A stretch of 64,000 nucleotides of DNA. Source: Eubacteriales bacterium (lineage in GTDB: Bacteria; Bacillota; Clostridia; Oscillospirales; CAG-272). Each line of letters starts with the position of its first letter. The stretch's first letter is position 1. Position numbers and translations under genes: made by a program. Positions 1 to 9,041 of this stretch are shown here, in pieces. Location: NCBI GenBank assembly GCA_045634485.1, contig JAZRAJ010000036.1, forward strand, positions 22,696 through 86,695, read 5' to 3'. The notes beneath the pieces were generated by a model that was given only the letters and a program-made list of their open reading frames with translations, searched no databases and was not told the DNA's origin.

Positions 1-1
1 A

Positions 2-163
2 CCTCCCGTGGATACGCTTGTACGCACAGTTGACGGCATTGGAACGGTAATCGACATCTCTCCGCTTCAGCACACGATAAAGGTTCGCCTCGTGGCAACC
101 CCCGAGGTACCGCCAAAGAGCTATAAGCGCGATGAGGTTACGATACTTAAGAAAAAGAATTAA
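2..163 (+). CDS. 3' end of a PSP1/YaaT (RicT)-like stage 0 sporulation family protein (partial, runs off the window start)
   Basis: Frame 2 is open from the window edge to TAA at 161-163. It translates to PPVDTLVRTVDGIGTVIDISPLQHTIKVRLVATPEVPPKSYKRDEVTILKKKN. From memory, the V.T.DG.GTV...... .KV pattern resembles YaaT C-termini. Confidence 0.4.
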   Translation, partial: PPVDTLVRTVDGIGTVIDISPLQHTIKVRLVATPEVPPKSYKRDEVTILKKKN

Positions 164-181
164 TCACTAATTAAAATAAAA

Positions 182-211
182 AACAACGGATTTTTACGTC
201 CGTTGTTTTTT
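182..211 (+). terminator. Rho-independent terminator of the upstream partial gene
   Basis: The stem AACAACGGA / TCCGTTGTT (182-190 / 199-207) is followed by a T-run. Confidence 0.7.
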
Positions 212-225
212 GCTTGGGGGATGAA

Positions 226-457
226 AATATCACTAACCTGATACGATATACATCATAAAAAATGTGAGTCACAAAGAGTTTAAGTGATATACCGACTTCG
301 TTGGTGTGATATTTTTGCTTTGCAAAAGTGATATTGTTCGCTTTGCTCCCAGTGATATTATATTCGCCTTGTGTTTCTTCCAACGCGCGAAGCGCATATC
401 ACTGCCGAAGGCAATATCACGCACTTGTGCATATAACTCGCCAACGGCGAATATAAC
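226..457. repeat. Array of degenerate ~22-bp repeats with the core GTGATAT(n4)CGCyTTyG, in both orientations
   Basis: GTGATAT occurs at 284, 306, 328 and 352 (spacing 22, 22 and 24 bp). The inverted ATATCAC occurs at 227, 396 and 414. A degenerate copy lies around 446-458. Confidence 0.6.
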
Positions 458-458
458 A

Positions 459-494
459 GAAAAACTCCATCTTGCAAGCAAGATGGAGTTTTTC
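459..494 (-). terminator. Hairpin terminator immediately downstream of tRNA-Lys (bidirectional shape)
   Basis: CTCCATCTTGC / GCAAGATGGAG form an inverted repeat (465-488). It is flanked by an A-run and a T-run. Confidence 0.7.
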
Positions 495-570
495 TGGTGC
501 ACCTTCAGGGATTCGAACCCGGGACCCACTGATTAAGAGTCAGTTGCTCTACCAACTGAGCTAAAGGTGC
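495..570 (-). tRNA. tRNA-Lys (anticodon CTT), encoded CCA end
   Basis: The reverse complement is GCACCTTTAGCTCAGTTGGTAGAGCAACTGACTCTTAATCAGTGGGTCCCGGGTTCGAATCCCTGAAGGTGCACCA. It folds as a cloverleaf with anticodon loop CTCTTAA and a GGTTCGAATCC T-arm. Confidence 0.95.
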
Positions 571-589
571 GTTATTCACAACATTTGAT

Positions 590-618
590 ATTATATCACA
601 AGCCTCTTTATTTGTCAA
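590..618 (-). promoter_or_regulatory. Sigma-A promoter for tRNA-Lys
   Basis: The minus strand reads TTGACA (613-618), a 17-nt spacer, then TATAAT (590-595). Confidence 0.7.
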
Positions 619-764
619 GCACTTTTTTGAAATTTTTAAAATTTTTATTTATTTTTATTTTGGCGTTAATATTTACTGTTTTATCATATAAGTAAATAGT
701 CAATCTGCACAAAATCAAATATCTAAATTCTACATTATAATGACAACTAAAAATTCTTTTATAA

Positions 765-793
765 TTGACGGGTTTATTAATATGTGTTATAAT
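765..793 (+). promoter_or_regulatory. Sigma-A promoter for the alkaline phosphatase lipoprotein gene
   Basis: TTGACG (765-770), a 17-nt spacer, then TATAAT (788-793). Confidence 0.6.
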
Positions 794-874
794 ATTATAA
801 GGTAAAGTAGTTTTGTCGATTTTAGATTTTATTACGCAAAATTATACAGTTTAAGACGTATAGGAGGAAAAAAT

Positions 875-2812
875 ATGTCTATATCAAAAAGATTATTAGC
901 ATTTATTATGTGCTTACTGATGTTATTTACTACGGTAGCATGTAGTGGCGGCGTAGAGGATTATTCCGATTCGGACTCCGGTGCAAATATTGCCACCGGT
1001 CCATCGCAGGCTCCCGCTAACTACGTTGTATTGGGAGAATACGAGGTAGCAAACTATAGAATAGTTTACGAAAAGGGCTTAACCTCTGCAGTTGTGCAGA
1101 AGCTTAATACCAATCTTGAAACTCTTAAGAACAAGACCGGTATTATTATGGAGGCAATTGACGACGAGGCTCTTCCCGCTCCCGACGGCAAGCCCGAAAT
1201 CCTCATTGGCGAAACCAACCGTGAGGAATCAAAGTTAGCAAGCGCAAAGCTTCGCTCGGGCGAATACACCATTGACTACAACAAGTCCACAGGCTCTGTA
1301 GTTATTGCAGGTGGCGGTGCGGCGGCAATCAGCACGGCAATGAACACCTTCTTTAACGAGGGAATTGACGCAAACAAGAGATACCTTGCTATTCCAAGCA
1401 CCTTCCACAAGGAAAAGTTCCTTAACTTCCCCATTCAGTCGGTTTTGATAGACGGTGTTCCGATTCAGGAATATTCAATCGTTTACCCCAAGGATGCAGA
1501 CATCGTAACTAAATATGCAGCTCAAAACCTTGTTGACTACATTAAAACCAACATGGGCGTTAAGATGACCATGAGCCCCGACAGTAAGGCAGAAAAGCAA
1601 TACGAAATACTTATCGGCGCAACCAAGCGCTCGGCTTCAAAGATTTCGACCTCTATGAAGGACGGTCAGTACGTTCTTATGAAGAAGGACGACAAGATAG
1701 TTATGCAGGGTAACGGCATTTACGTTGGTGCGGCAGTTGGCGCATTCGTAAGCAAGAACCTCCCCAGCAACGGTAACAAGAAGCAGATTGAAATAAACAA
1801 TCTCCCCACAAGCGCATCGGCGCAAACCTACAAGTTCCCCTCCACCTTTAAGAACGCCGTTATTATGATTGGCGACGGAATGGGCTTTAACCATGTTGAG
1901 GCGGCAAAGAACTCCGATATGGGAGTATTCTACGCAGAGCAATTCCCCAACAAGGGTCAGGCGAGAACAAGATCGCAAACGGTTATTAACAAGGGTAACG
2001 AAAATTCAGGCGGTTACACCGACAGTGCCGCAGCAGCTACCGCTCTTGCAACCGGATATAAGACTCTTAACAGCCGCGTAGGCGTTGACTCAAGCGGTAA
2101 CACGTTAAAGAATATTCGTGAGCTTGCAGACGAAAAGGGTGCAAAGACGGCAGTTATTACAACCGACGTAATCGGTGGCGCAACCCCCGGTGGATTCCTT
2201 GCTCACAACTCTCAGCGAAAGGTAGACGGTGTTACAAACCCCGATATTATTAATCAGATAAACGTTCTTGTAGAGCAGAAAAAGGTTGAATACACCATGG
2301 GACGCTCCTCCGACTCTTATGATGCTCCCAACCCCGATATTCTCACAGGCACGAGAGAGGCTCTTGATATTATTGCGGCAGGTGGCTCACAGTTCTTTAT
2401 GATGGTTGAGGGTGCGTACATCGACAAGCGCTCACACCAAGACGACATCGAAGGATGTATAGCGTCGGTTAAGCAATATAACGAGGTTATCGCTTATATG
2501 TCAACCTTCGTATTCTGCCATCCCGATACTGCTCTTATCGTTACCGCAGACCACGAAACCGGTAAGATGGAAAAGGATTCAAGCGCAAAATACGGCTATA
2601 AATACACCAATAAGGACGGAACAAACGCCTCGGGCGGTCCCTACCGTCAGCACACCAGCAACGACGTACCCGTATACGCATTAGGTCCGCAGACCGAGTA
2701 TTTCAACGGCTACAGAGTTGAAAACGTTTTAATTCCCCACTTTGCGGCTCAGGCATTTGGAGTTTCGGACTTTGGAGATTCCAGCTACTTTAACGCAAGA
2801 ACAAAATTATAA
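875..2812 (+). CDS. Alkaline phosphatase family lipoprotein with a duplicated N-terminal module
   Basis: A lipobox signal is present (LFTTVAC-SGG). AP motifs are VIMIGDGMGFNH, the nucleophile region TDSAAAATALATGYKT, and VTADHETG. The RBS is AGGAGG. Confidence 0.85.
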   Translation: MSISKRLLAFIMCLLMLFTTVACSGGVEDYSDSDSGANIATGPSQAPANYVVLGEYEVANYRIVYEKGLTSAVVQKLNTNLETLKNKTGIIMEAIDDEALPAPDGKPEILIGETNREESKLASAKLRSGEYTIDYNKSTGSVVIAGGGAAAISTAMNTFFNEGIDANKRYLAIPSTFHKEKFLNFPIQSVLIDGVPIQEYSIVYPKDADIVTKYAAQNLVDYIKTNMGVKMTMSPDSKAEKQYEILIGATKRSASKISTSMKDGQYVLMKKDDKIVMQGNGIYVGAAVGAFVSKNLPSNGNKKQIEINNLPTSASAQTYKFPSTFKNAVIMIGDGMGFNHVEAAKNSDMGVFYAEQFPNKGQARTRSQTVINKGNENSGGYTDSAAAATALATGYKTLNSRVGVDSSGNTLKNIRELADEKGAKTAVITTDVIGGATPGGFLAHNSQRKVDGVTNPDIINQINVLVEQKKVEYTMGRSSDSYDAPNPDILTGTREALDIIAAGGSQFFMMVEGAYIDKRSHQDDIEGCIASVKQYNEVIAYMSTFVFCHPDTALIVTADHETGKMEKDSSAKYGYKYTNKDGTNASGGPYRQHTSNDVPVYALGPQTEYFNGYRVENVLIPHFAAQAFGVSDFGDSSYFNARTKL

Positions 2813-2829
2813 TAATTATAATCGCAACG

Positions 2830-2860
2830 CAGACCGTGGATTTTCCACGGTCTGTTTTTA
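2830..2860 (+). terminator. Rho-independent terminator
   Basis: CAGACCGTGGA tttt CCACGGTCTG followed by TTTTT. Confidence 0.8.
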
Positions 2861-2945
2861 TATTCATTATATTGTTAACAAATTTGTAACATTTTTATGA
2901 TACAATAAATTAATTATAGGTTTTAATATTATAATGAGGAAATAA

Positions 2946-4244
2946 ATGCATTTACATACAGAAAACATAACCGATTGCGTAAGGCTTTCGGCGCTTCAAA
3001 CAGATAAATTCAAATCGTCGGTAATATCCTTTTCGATAACCATACCGTTAACAAAGGAGCATTACACGCACAATCTTCTCCTCTCGCACGTTCTGCGCAG
3101 AGGAACAAGCTCATATCCCTCAACGGCTTTGCTTAACAAAAGGCTTGACGAGCTTTACGGCTCATATCTTGAGGTTAAAAGCCACCGAATAGGCGAAAAC
3201 ATCTCTCTTTCGCTAAACGCCGAAATACTCGACAATAAATTCGTTACCGACGGAACGGATATACTTGGCGAGATTATTAATATTGCCGCCGAGCTTATAC
3301 TCTCCCCTGCATTTTTAGGAAATGACTTTAACGTAGGATTTTTCGAGCAGGAAAAAAAGCTTATCTGCGAGGCGGTTGACGCAGAGATAAACAATACTCG
3401 ACTCTACGCCGCAAAGCGATGCGCAGAGATTATTAACGAGGGCATCGACATTCCCACAAGCCAAGAGCTTAAAGCACTTGTTTCGGGCGCTACGCTTAGC
3501 TCCTTGGCAAAATACCGTGAGTATCTTATAAACAACGCCCCCATTAACATATTTTACGTTGGCTCGCAAAGCGATGAATTTATAAAGGAAAAAATCTCGT
3601 CGGCGTTTGCGCCCTACCCATGCAAAAATCCGTTACCGCTTATCCTACCTCGCCCGATAACACGAGAGGATACGCTTGAGCTTTCCACAAAAATGCCCGT
3701 TTCGCAGGGCAAGCTTACTATGGGCTTTAGCACCGATATAACCGTTAAAAAGAACGACGATTCCTTTTACGTTATTACAATGCTTAACGAAATACTTGGT
3801 GGCTCTGCCTCCTCAAAGCTCTTTTTAAACGTTAGAGAGAGGCTTAGCCTTTGCTATTATTGCTCGTCCTCCTTTAGCGGATATTCGGGAATAATGCTTA
3901 TTTCATCGGGCTTTGAGGTTAAAAATTACGATTTAGCTCGCAAGGCTATTCTTGAGCAGATTGAGGATATCAAAAACGGTAAAATTAGCGACGCCGAGCT
4001 TTATGCGGCTCAACGCTCGCTTACCAGCAGCTACCGACAGATATTTGACAGTCCCTTTGAGCTTCAATCCTTTTTTGGCAACCGTGCGCTTTTGGATATA
4101 AACGAGAGCATTGATGACGTTATATCAAAGCTTTTATCGGTAACTAAGGAGGATATCATATCTCTTGCGGGTAACATAAGGCTTATTGCCTCTTACTTTG
4201 TTGAGGGTACGCTAAACGACGTCGAGGAGGAAGATGATGAATAA
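2946..4244 (+). CDS. M16 (pitrilysin) family protein, non-catalytic subunit (YfmF-like)
   Basis: It has the M16 fold signature regions but lacks the HxxEH zinc motif (SHVLRRGT is in its place). It overlaps the next M16 gene by 11 nt. Confidence 0.7.
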   Translation: MHLHTENITDCVRLSALQTDKFKSSVISFSITIPLTKEHYTHNLLLSHVLRRGTSSYPSTALLNKRLDELYGSYLEVKSHRIGENISLSLNAEILDNKFVTDGTDILGEIINIAAELILSPAFLGNDFNVGFFEQEKKLICEAVDAEINNTRLYAAKRCAEIINEGIDIPTSQELKALVSGATLSSLAKYREYLINNAPINIFYVGSQSDEFIKEKISSAFAPYPCKNPLPLILPRPITREDTLELSTKMPVSQGKLTMGFSTDITVKKNDDSFYVITMLNEILGGSASSKLFLNVRERLSLCYYCSSSFSGYSGIMLISSGFEVKNYDLARKAILEQIEDIKNGKISDAELYAAQRSLTSSYRQIFDSPFELQSFFGNRALLDINESIDDVISKLLSVTKEDIISLAGNIRLIASYFVEGTLNDVEEEDDE

Positions 4245-5547
4245 GCAAATATTTAGCAGTGCCCTGCTTGACGAGCAATACACGAAATACACCCATCCCT
4301 CGGGGCTTGAGATTTATATTTTTCCCAAAAGGCTTACCACTTTTTACGCAATTTTCGGCGTAAAATACGGCTCTATTCACAGTAGCTTTGCCTTAAAGGA
4401 CGCACCCGAAAATCTTATTACCGTTCCCGACGGAATTGCTCACTTTTTGGAGCATAAGCTCTTTGCAAACGAGGACGGAAGTGACTCCTTTGAGCATTTT
4501 TCAAGCCTTGGAGCAGATGCTAACGCCTACACCGCCTTTAACAAAACGGCGTACCTATTCTCTGCAACAGAGAACTTTTACGAGTCACTCCGTGAGCTTA
4601 TAACCTTTGTTACGCATCCTTATTTTACCAAGGAGAATATAGAGTCGGAAATCGGAATTATAGCCGAGGAGATAAAGATGTACGATGATTCCCCCTCCGA
4701 CCGTTGCTTTTACGGTATGCTTGAGGGAATGTACGAGCATCACAGCATCCGTCGCAACATCTGCGGAACGGCAGAAACCATTAAGCAGATAACTCCCGAG
4801 CTTATCTACAGCTGCTATAATTCATTTTACAATCTTAGCAATATGGCTCCCTTTATTTGCGGTGACGTTGAGGAGGACAAGATTTTACAAATTGCAAACG
4901 AGCTTTTGCCAAGCACATCTATTCCCTTTAACGTTTTATATCAAAATGAAAACGAAAAGGAAAAGACCTGCGTTTACAAGCCTTACGTTGAGTCAAGAAT
5001 GCAAATAGCAAAGCCTATATTCAACATAGGAATAAAGGACACGAGCATTTCGTCAAGCGCAACCGAGCGTCAAAGGCGTGACGCCGCCTACTCAATTCTT
5101 GATGAGATAATCTTCTCACAGGCAGGCGAGCTTTACTCCTCACTTTTTGAGCGAGATATGATATCTCCAAGCCTTTCCTACGGCTACACGATGTCGCCCA
5201 CGAGCGCATATAACTCGATTGCGGGCGAGGCGGATGACCCTAAGGCGGTGCTTACGGAAATTCTTAAGTACGTTGATAAGTTAAAGGAAACGGGGCTAAG
5301 CTACGAGGACTTTTTACGCGGAAAGCGTGTTATGTACGCCGAGTTTGTAAAATCCTTTGACTCAACCGACAATATCGCCAACAACCTTATGGCGTTCAGC
5401 TTTGACGGCGCAGAGATATTATCCTATGCGGATATAATTGAATCGATAACCTTTGAGGACGTGCAAAACCTCTTTGAGGATGCATTTGACAAGGACAAAA
5501 TAACTCTTTCGGTAATCTTACCGCTAAGTAACAAGGAGGATATATGA
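4234..5547 (+). CDS. M16 (pitrilysin) family zinc peptidase, catalytic subunit (YfmH-like)
   Basis: The inverted zinc motif HFLEH (AHFLEHKLF) is present, with a downstream E in AEEIKMY. It is translationally coupled to the preceding paralogue. Confidence 0.75.
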   Translation: MMNKQIFSSALLDEQYTKYTHPSGLEIYIFPKRLTTFYAIFGVKYGSIHSSFALKDAPENLITVPDGIAHFLEHKLFANEDGSDSFEHFSSLGADANAYTAFNKTAYLFSATENFYESLRELITFVTHPYFTKENIESEIGIIAEEIKMYDDSPSDRCFYGMLEGMYEHHSIRRNICGTAETIKQITPELIYSCYNSFYNLSNMAPFICGDVEEDKILQIANELLPSTSIPFNVLYQNENEKEKTCVYKPYVESRMQIAKPIFNIGIKDTSISSSATERQRRDAAYSILDEIIFSQAGELYSSLFERDMISPSLSYGYTMSPTSAYNSIAGEADDPKAVLTEILKYVDKLKETGLSYEDFLRGKRVMYAEFVKSFDSTDNIANNLMAFSFDGAEILSYADIIESITFEDVQNLFEDAFDKDKITLSVILPLSNKEDI

Positions 5548-6632
5548 CGACTATTTCTTTTCCCGGACTTGGAATAGACGAGTTCACACTAAATTCTATC
5601 GCCATTCCGATAGGCGACGGCGGAATCCGTTGGTATGCGCTTTGCATAGTTACAGGTATGATTCTTGCCGTGCTTTACACCGCCTACCGTGCAAAGGGCG
5701 AGGGCATAATTTTCGATACTATCGTTGATTTTGCTATATTCACCATTCCCATTGGAATAATTGGAACAAGACTTTACTACGTATTCTTTGATTGGCTTGA
5801 CGCCATGGTTAACCATCAGCCAAACCCCTACGATAGCTTTATCGACGTTATCGCTATATGGAACGGCGGTCTTGCAATATACGGCGGTATAATTTTTGGC
5901 GGACTTACGATTTTGGTTGTTGCCAAGGTAAAAAGAATCCCCGGCAAACGCTTGCTTAAAATACTCGATGCGGTTTCTCCCGGAGTTATGATTGCTCAAT
6001 CGCTTGGCAGATGGGGTAACTTCTTTAACGGTGAGGCATACGGCTCGGTTACCTCACTTCCTTGGAGAATGTGCTCCGAGAAGTTTGCAAACCGTCTTTA
6101 CAACATCGGGCTTATCAACCGTGACACGGCTTACCAAATGCTTGACGGTACGTTAGGCGTGCATCCGACATTTCTTTACGAATCGCTTTGGAACCTTATC
6201 GGCTTTATTCTTATAAACATCTTTTACAAGAAAAAACGATTTGACGGACAGATAATGCTTATGTATATCTCCTGGTACGGCTTTGGCAGAATGTTTATTG
6301 AGCTTTTGCGCACCGATAGCCTTACTAACGGCGCAGGCATAAGAATTTCCTCGCTCGTTGGTCTTCTCTCCTTTATAGTTGCAGGCTCACTGTTGCTCTA
6401 TCTCTTTATAAAGAGCAAGGGTAACAGAACCTACGGCAGTGAAATTTTACCCGCCGCCGCTAAGGTAACCGCTACCGCAAATGCAGAGAAAAGCACAGAA
6501 GAGGCAGATGAGGCTATGGAAGATAGCACCGACGAGGCTTTAGAAGAAAACTCAGAGGAAAATCAAAATTCTTTAGAAAATACAGAAAATAACGAAAGTA
6601 AAGAGGAAGAAAACGATGGCAAAATTGATTAA
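5544..6632 (+). CDS. lgt: Prolipoprotein diacylglyceryl transferase with an acidic low-complexity C-terminal tail
   Basis: Motifs are GGLAIYGGIIFG, GRWGNFFNGEAYG and HPTFLYESLWN. The start overlaps the previous stop as ATGA. Confidence 0.9.
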   Translation: MTTISFPGLGIDEFTLNSIAIPIGDGGIRWYALCIVTGMILAVLYTAYRAKGEGIIFDTIVDFAIFTIPIGIIGTRLYYVFFDWLDAMVNHQPNPYDSFIDVIAIWNGGLAIYGGIIFGGLTILVVAKVKRIPGKRLLKILDAVSPGVMIAQSLGRWGNFFNGEAYGSVTSLPWRMCSEKFANRLYNIGLINRDTAYQMLDGTLGVHPTFLYESLWNLIGFILINIFYKKKRFDGQIMLMYISWYGFGRMFIELLRTDSLTNGAGIRISSLVGLLSFIVAGSLLLYLFIKSKGNRTYGSEILPAAAKVTATANAEKSTEEADEAMEDSTDEALEENSEENQNSLENTENNESKEEENDGKID

Positions 6633-7467
6633 CGGAAAAGAGATATCCTTAAACATCAGAAGCGAGATTAAGGCAGAAACCGAGGAATTCGTAAAGGAAA
6701 CCGGTGTGCGCCCCGGTCTTGCGGTTATAATCGTTGGCGAGGACCCCGCCTCGCAGGTTTACGTTAGAAACAAAAAACGTGCTTGCGACGAGGTAGGCTT
6801 CTATTCGGAATCCTACGAGCTTCCCGCAGAAACCACGCAGGAGGAGCTTAACGCACTCGTTGACAGGCTTAATAAAAACGATAAGATACACGGTATTCTT
6901 TGTCAGCTTCCTCTCCCCAAGCATCTTGACGAGAACGAGGTTATAATGAGAATCGACCCCAATAAGGACGTTGATGCCTTCCACCCTCAAAACGTTGGAA
7001 AGATTATGATTGGCGACTACTCCTTCCTCCCCTGCACTCCCGCAGGCGTTATGGCTCTTCTTGAGCGTAGCGGAATTGAGGTAAGCGGTAAAAAGTGCGT
7101 TGTTGTAGGACGCTCCAATATTGTTGGAAAGCCTCAGGCTATGCTCCTTCTCCACGCAAACGGAACCGTTACCGTATGCCACAGCCGTACAAAGGACCTT
7201 GCAGAGGAATGCAGAGCCGCAGATATCTTAGTGGTTGCAATCGGCAAGGCAGACTTTATTACAGGCGATATGGTTAAGGACGGCGCAGTAGTTATTGACG
7301 TTGGAATGAACAGACGCGCAGACGGCAAGCTTACGGGCGACGTTGATTTTGCAAGCGTAGAGCCTAAGGCAAGCTATATAACCCCCGTTCCCGGTGGCGT
7401 AGGACCTATGACCATTACCATGCTTATGCAAAACACACTCACATCTGCAAAAAATTCTGTGAAGTAA
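6616..7467 (+). CDS. folD: Bifunctional methylenetetrahydrofolate dehydrogenase/cyclohydrolase
   Basis: Motifs are PGLAVIIVGEDPASQVYVRNK, LQLPLPKH-like CQLPLPKH, GRSNIVGKP and PVPGGVGPMT. Confidence 0.95.
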   Translation: MAKLINGKEISLNIRSEIKAETEEFVKETGVRPGLAVIIVGEDPASQVYVRNKKRACDEVGFYSESYELPAETTQEELNALVDRLNKNDKIHGILCQLPLPKHLDENEVIMRIDPNKDVDAFHPQNVGKIMIGDYSFLPCTPAGVMALLERSGIEVSGKKCVVVGRSNIVGKPQAMLLLHANGTVTVCHSRTKDLAEECRAADILVVAIGKADFITGDMVKDGAVVIDVGMNRRADGKLTGDVDFASVEPKASYITPVPGGVGPMTITMLMQNTLTSAKNSVK

Positions 7468-7474
7468 AATTAAA

Positions 7475-8152
7475 ATGTACCGCTACGAAACACATATGCA
7501 CACCCTCCCCGTTAGCCGTTGCGCAAGATATAGCGTTCGCGAAAATCTTGAATTTTACAAATCTCTCGGCTACGACGGAATATTTATAACCAATCATTTT
7601 CTTGACGGAAATATAAACATAGACAAGACTCTGCCCTACGAGGAAAAAGTAAAATTCTACTTTTCCGACTATTACGAGGCTCTTGCGCTTGGCAAGGAGA
7701 TAGGAATTAAAATATTTCTCGGCGTTGAAATTTCCTACCGAGGAACAGATTTTCTCATCTATGGTCTTGACGAGCAATGGTTTTTAGAGCATCCCGAGAT
7801 AATGGATATGAAAAAGAGCGACGAGCTACCGTTTTTAGCCTCGCACGGTGCTTTGGTGGTTCAGGCTCATCCCTACAGACAGGATAGGCACATCGACCAC
7901 ATACGCCTTTTTCCGCATTGTATTGAGGGCGTAGAAACGATTAACGCATGTCGCACGGAGCTTGAAAACAAGATGGCGGATGCCTTTGCCGATGCTTACG
8001 GATTTGTAAAAACAGCAGGCTCGGATAATCATATCTGCGCATGTCTTACCCACCTTGCGGGTATGGAGAGCGATACTCCTCTCGTCGACGAAGCCGACTT
8101 TATACGTCGGGTGCGTAACAGAGAAATGAAAATATTTACATTGGATATTTAA
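7475..8152 (+). CDS. PHP domain-containing phosphoesterase
   Basis: The N-terminal YETHMHT motif, the later QAHPYR and GSDNH are typical of the PHP metal-binding histidine set. Confidence 0.7.
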   Translation: MYRYETHMHTLPVSRCARYSVRENLEFYKSLGYDGIFITNHFLDGNINIDKTLPYEEKVKFYFSDYYEALALGKEIGIKIFLGVEISYRGTDFLIYGLDEQWFLEHPEIMDMKKSDELPFLASHGALVVQAHPYRQDRHIDHIRLFPHCIEGVETINACRTELENKMADAFADAYGFVKTAGSDNHICACLTHLAGMESDTPLVDEADFIRRVRNREMKIFTLDI

Positions 8153-8154
8153 AA

Positions 8155-8196
8155 GAACAAAAACGGTTGAACATTTACGCTCAACCGTTTTTTATT
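8155..8196. terminator. Bidirectional terminator between convergent genes
   Basis: The stem ACGGTTGA / TCAACCGT (8162-8189) is flanked by an A-run and a T-run. Confidence 0.75.
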
Positions 8197-8202
8197 TATT
8201 TT

Positions 8203-8817
8203 TTATTTATCCTTAGAAATAACCTTTTTCTGCCAAGATTTTTCATTACACTTAGGACACTTCATATATCTCGTTCTGCCTCTGTGCATAGACATAAAAA
8301 CCTGACCATACTTTGGGACATAGCGATTACCGCATTTTTTACACTCATAATATCCCGCGGTCTGCTCTATTCTCAACATAAACGGAGTAAGCACTAAAAC
8401 AGGAATAAAACCTATAATTATAAGCACTATTCTTAACCATTCCTCCATTGGAGCATAAGCTGCAAATAGGCAAAGACCGAGCATTATACCTATGCTTACA
8501 AAGCCCATTACGATCTCGACCATAAGCAATTGTTTGTCTGATTTTTCCTTTTCTCTTGCCATTTCAAGCAAATTCTTTTCCATTTCTTTATCGTATTTTT
8601 CCATTTCTACAACCTCCCCACAAAGTAAATCATTTACTGTAATATCCAATATCTCACACAATTCAAGCATTATTGCGGAATCAGGCAACGAACGTCCATT
8701 CTCCCATTTTGATACCGCTCTGTCAGTTATATTAAGCTTTTCCGCCAATTGAGCTTGTGTGAGAGATTTTAACTTTCTTCGCTCAGCGATAAATTTACCG
8801 ATTTTAATTTGATCCAT
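8203..8817 (-). CDS. XRE-family HTH regulator fused to two TM helices and a C-terminal zinc ribbon
   Basis: The HTH is LTQAQLAEKLNITDRAVSKWENG. A hydrophobic segment follows (LLMVEIVMGFVSIGIMLGLCLFAAY ... IIIGFIPVLVL). The C-terminus has CKKCGN...CPKCN. I chose the ATG at 8815-8817 behind a GGAGTGA RBS rather than the longer ORF that extends to 8868. Confidence 0.75.
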   Translation of the reverse strand: MDQIKIGKFIAERRKLKSLTQAQLAEKLNITDRAVSKWENGRSLPDSAIMLELCEILDITVNDLLCGEVVEMEKYDKEMEKNLLEMAREKEKSDKQLLMVEIVMGFVSIGIMLGLCLFAAYAPMEEWLRIVLIIIGFIPVLVLTPFMLRIEQTAGYYECKKCGNRYVPKYGQVFMSMHRGRTRYMKCPKCNEKSWQKKVISKDK

Positions 8818-9041
8818 CGTATCACTCCTTTCACTTAAATTGTAGCAAAAATTACTCAAAAAGTCCACATACCAACGGTTGAGTGGGAAGATTCAACCAT
8901 ATGTAGGCTATTATTATATCTATTTTTACTTAATTATATCACAAAAAAGCAGTTAAGTAAAGCAAAAACGATTCATAATATTGAAATCCGTTATTTCTTA
9001 TGATATAATTATCCTAACAAATAAATATTTGTGAGGGCTAA

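Noticed and set aside
171-536. Three track ORFs (171-383 minus, 269-529 minus, 306-536 plus) covering the repeat array next to tRNA-Lys
   Set aside because: They overlap each other, the terminator hairpins and the tRNA gene itself. They have no RBS, and their translations simply mirror the DNA repeats. I treat the region as non-coding repeat DNA.
495-570. tRNA-Lys as the attachment site of an integrated element
   Set aside because: No integrase, excisionase or direct repeat of the tRNA 3' end is visible in the window. Only the GTGATAT array is unusual, and the upstream side is cut by the window edge.
5544-6632. Acidic C-terminal extension of Lgt as a separate feature or gene fusion
   Set aside because: It is continuous in frame with lgt and has no internal start or RBS. 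It is most simply a low-complexity tail, so it is noted only in the feature call.
8860-8905. Imperfect inverted repeat (ACATACCAACGGTTGA / TCAACCATATGT) upstream of the XRE regulator gene as its operator
   Set aside because: The symmetry is weak and has an indel, and there is only a single occurrence. That is not enough evidence to call a binding site.
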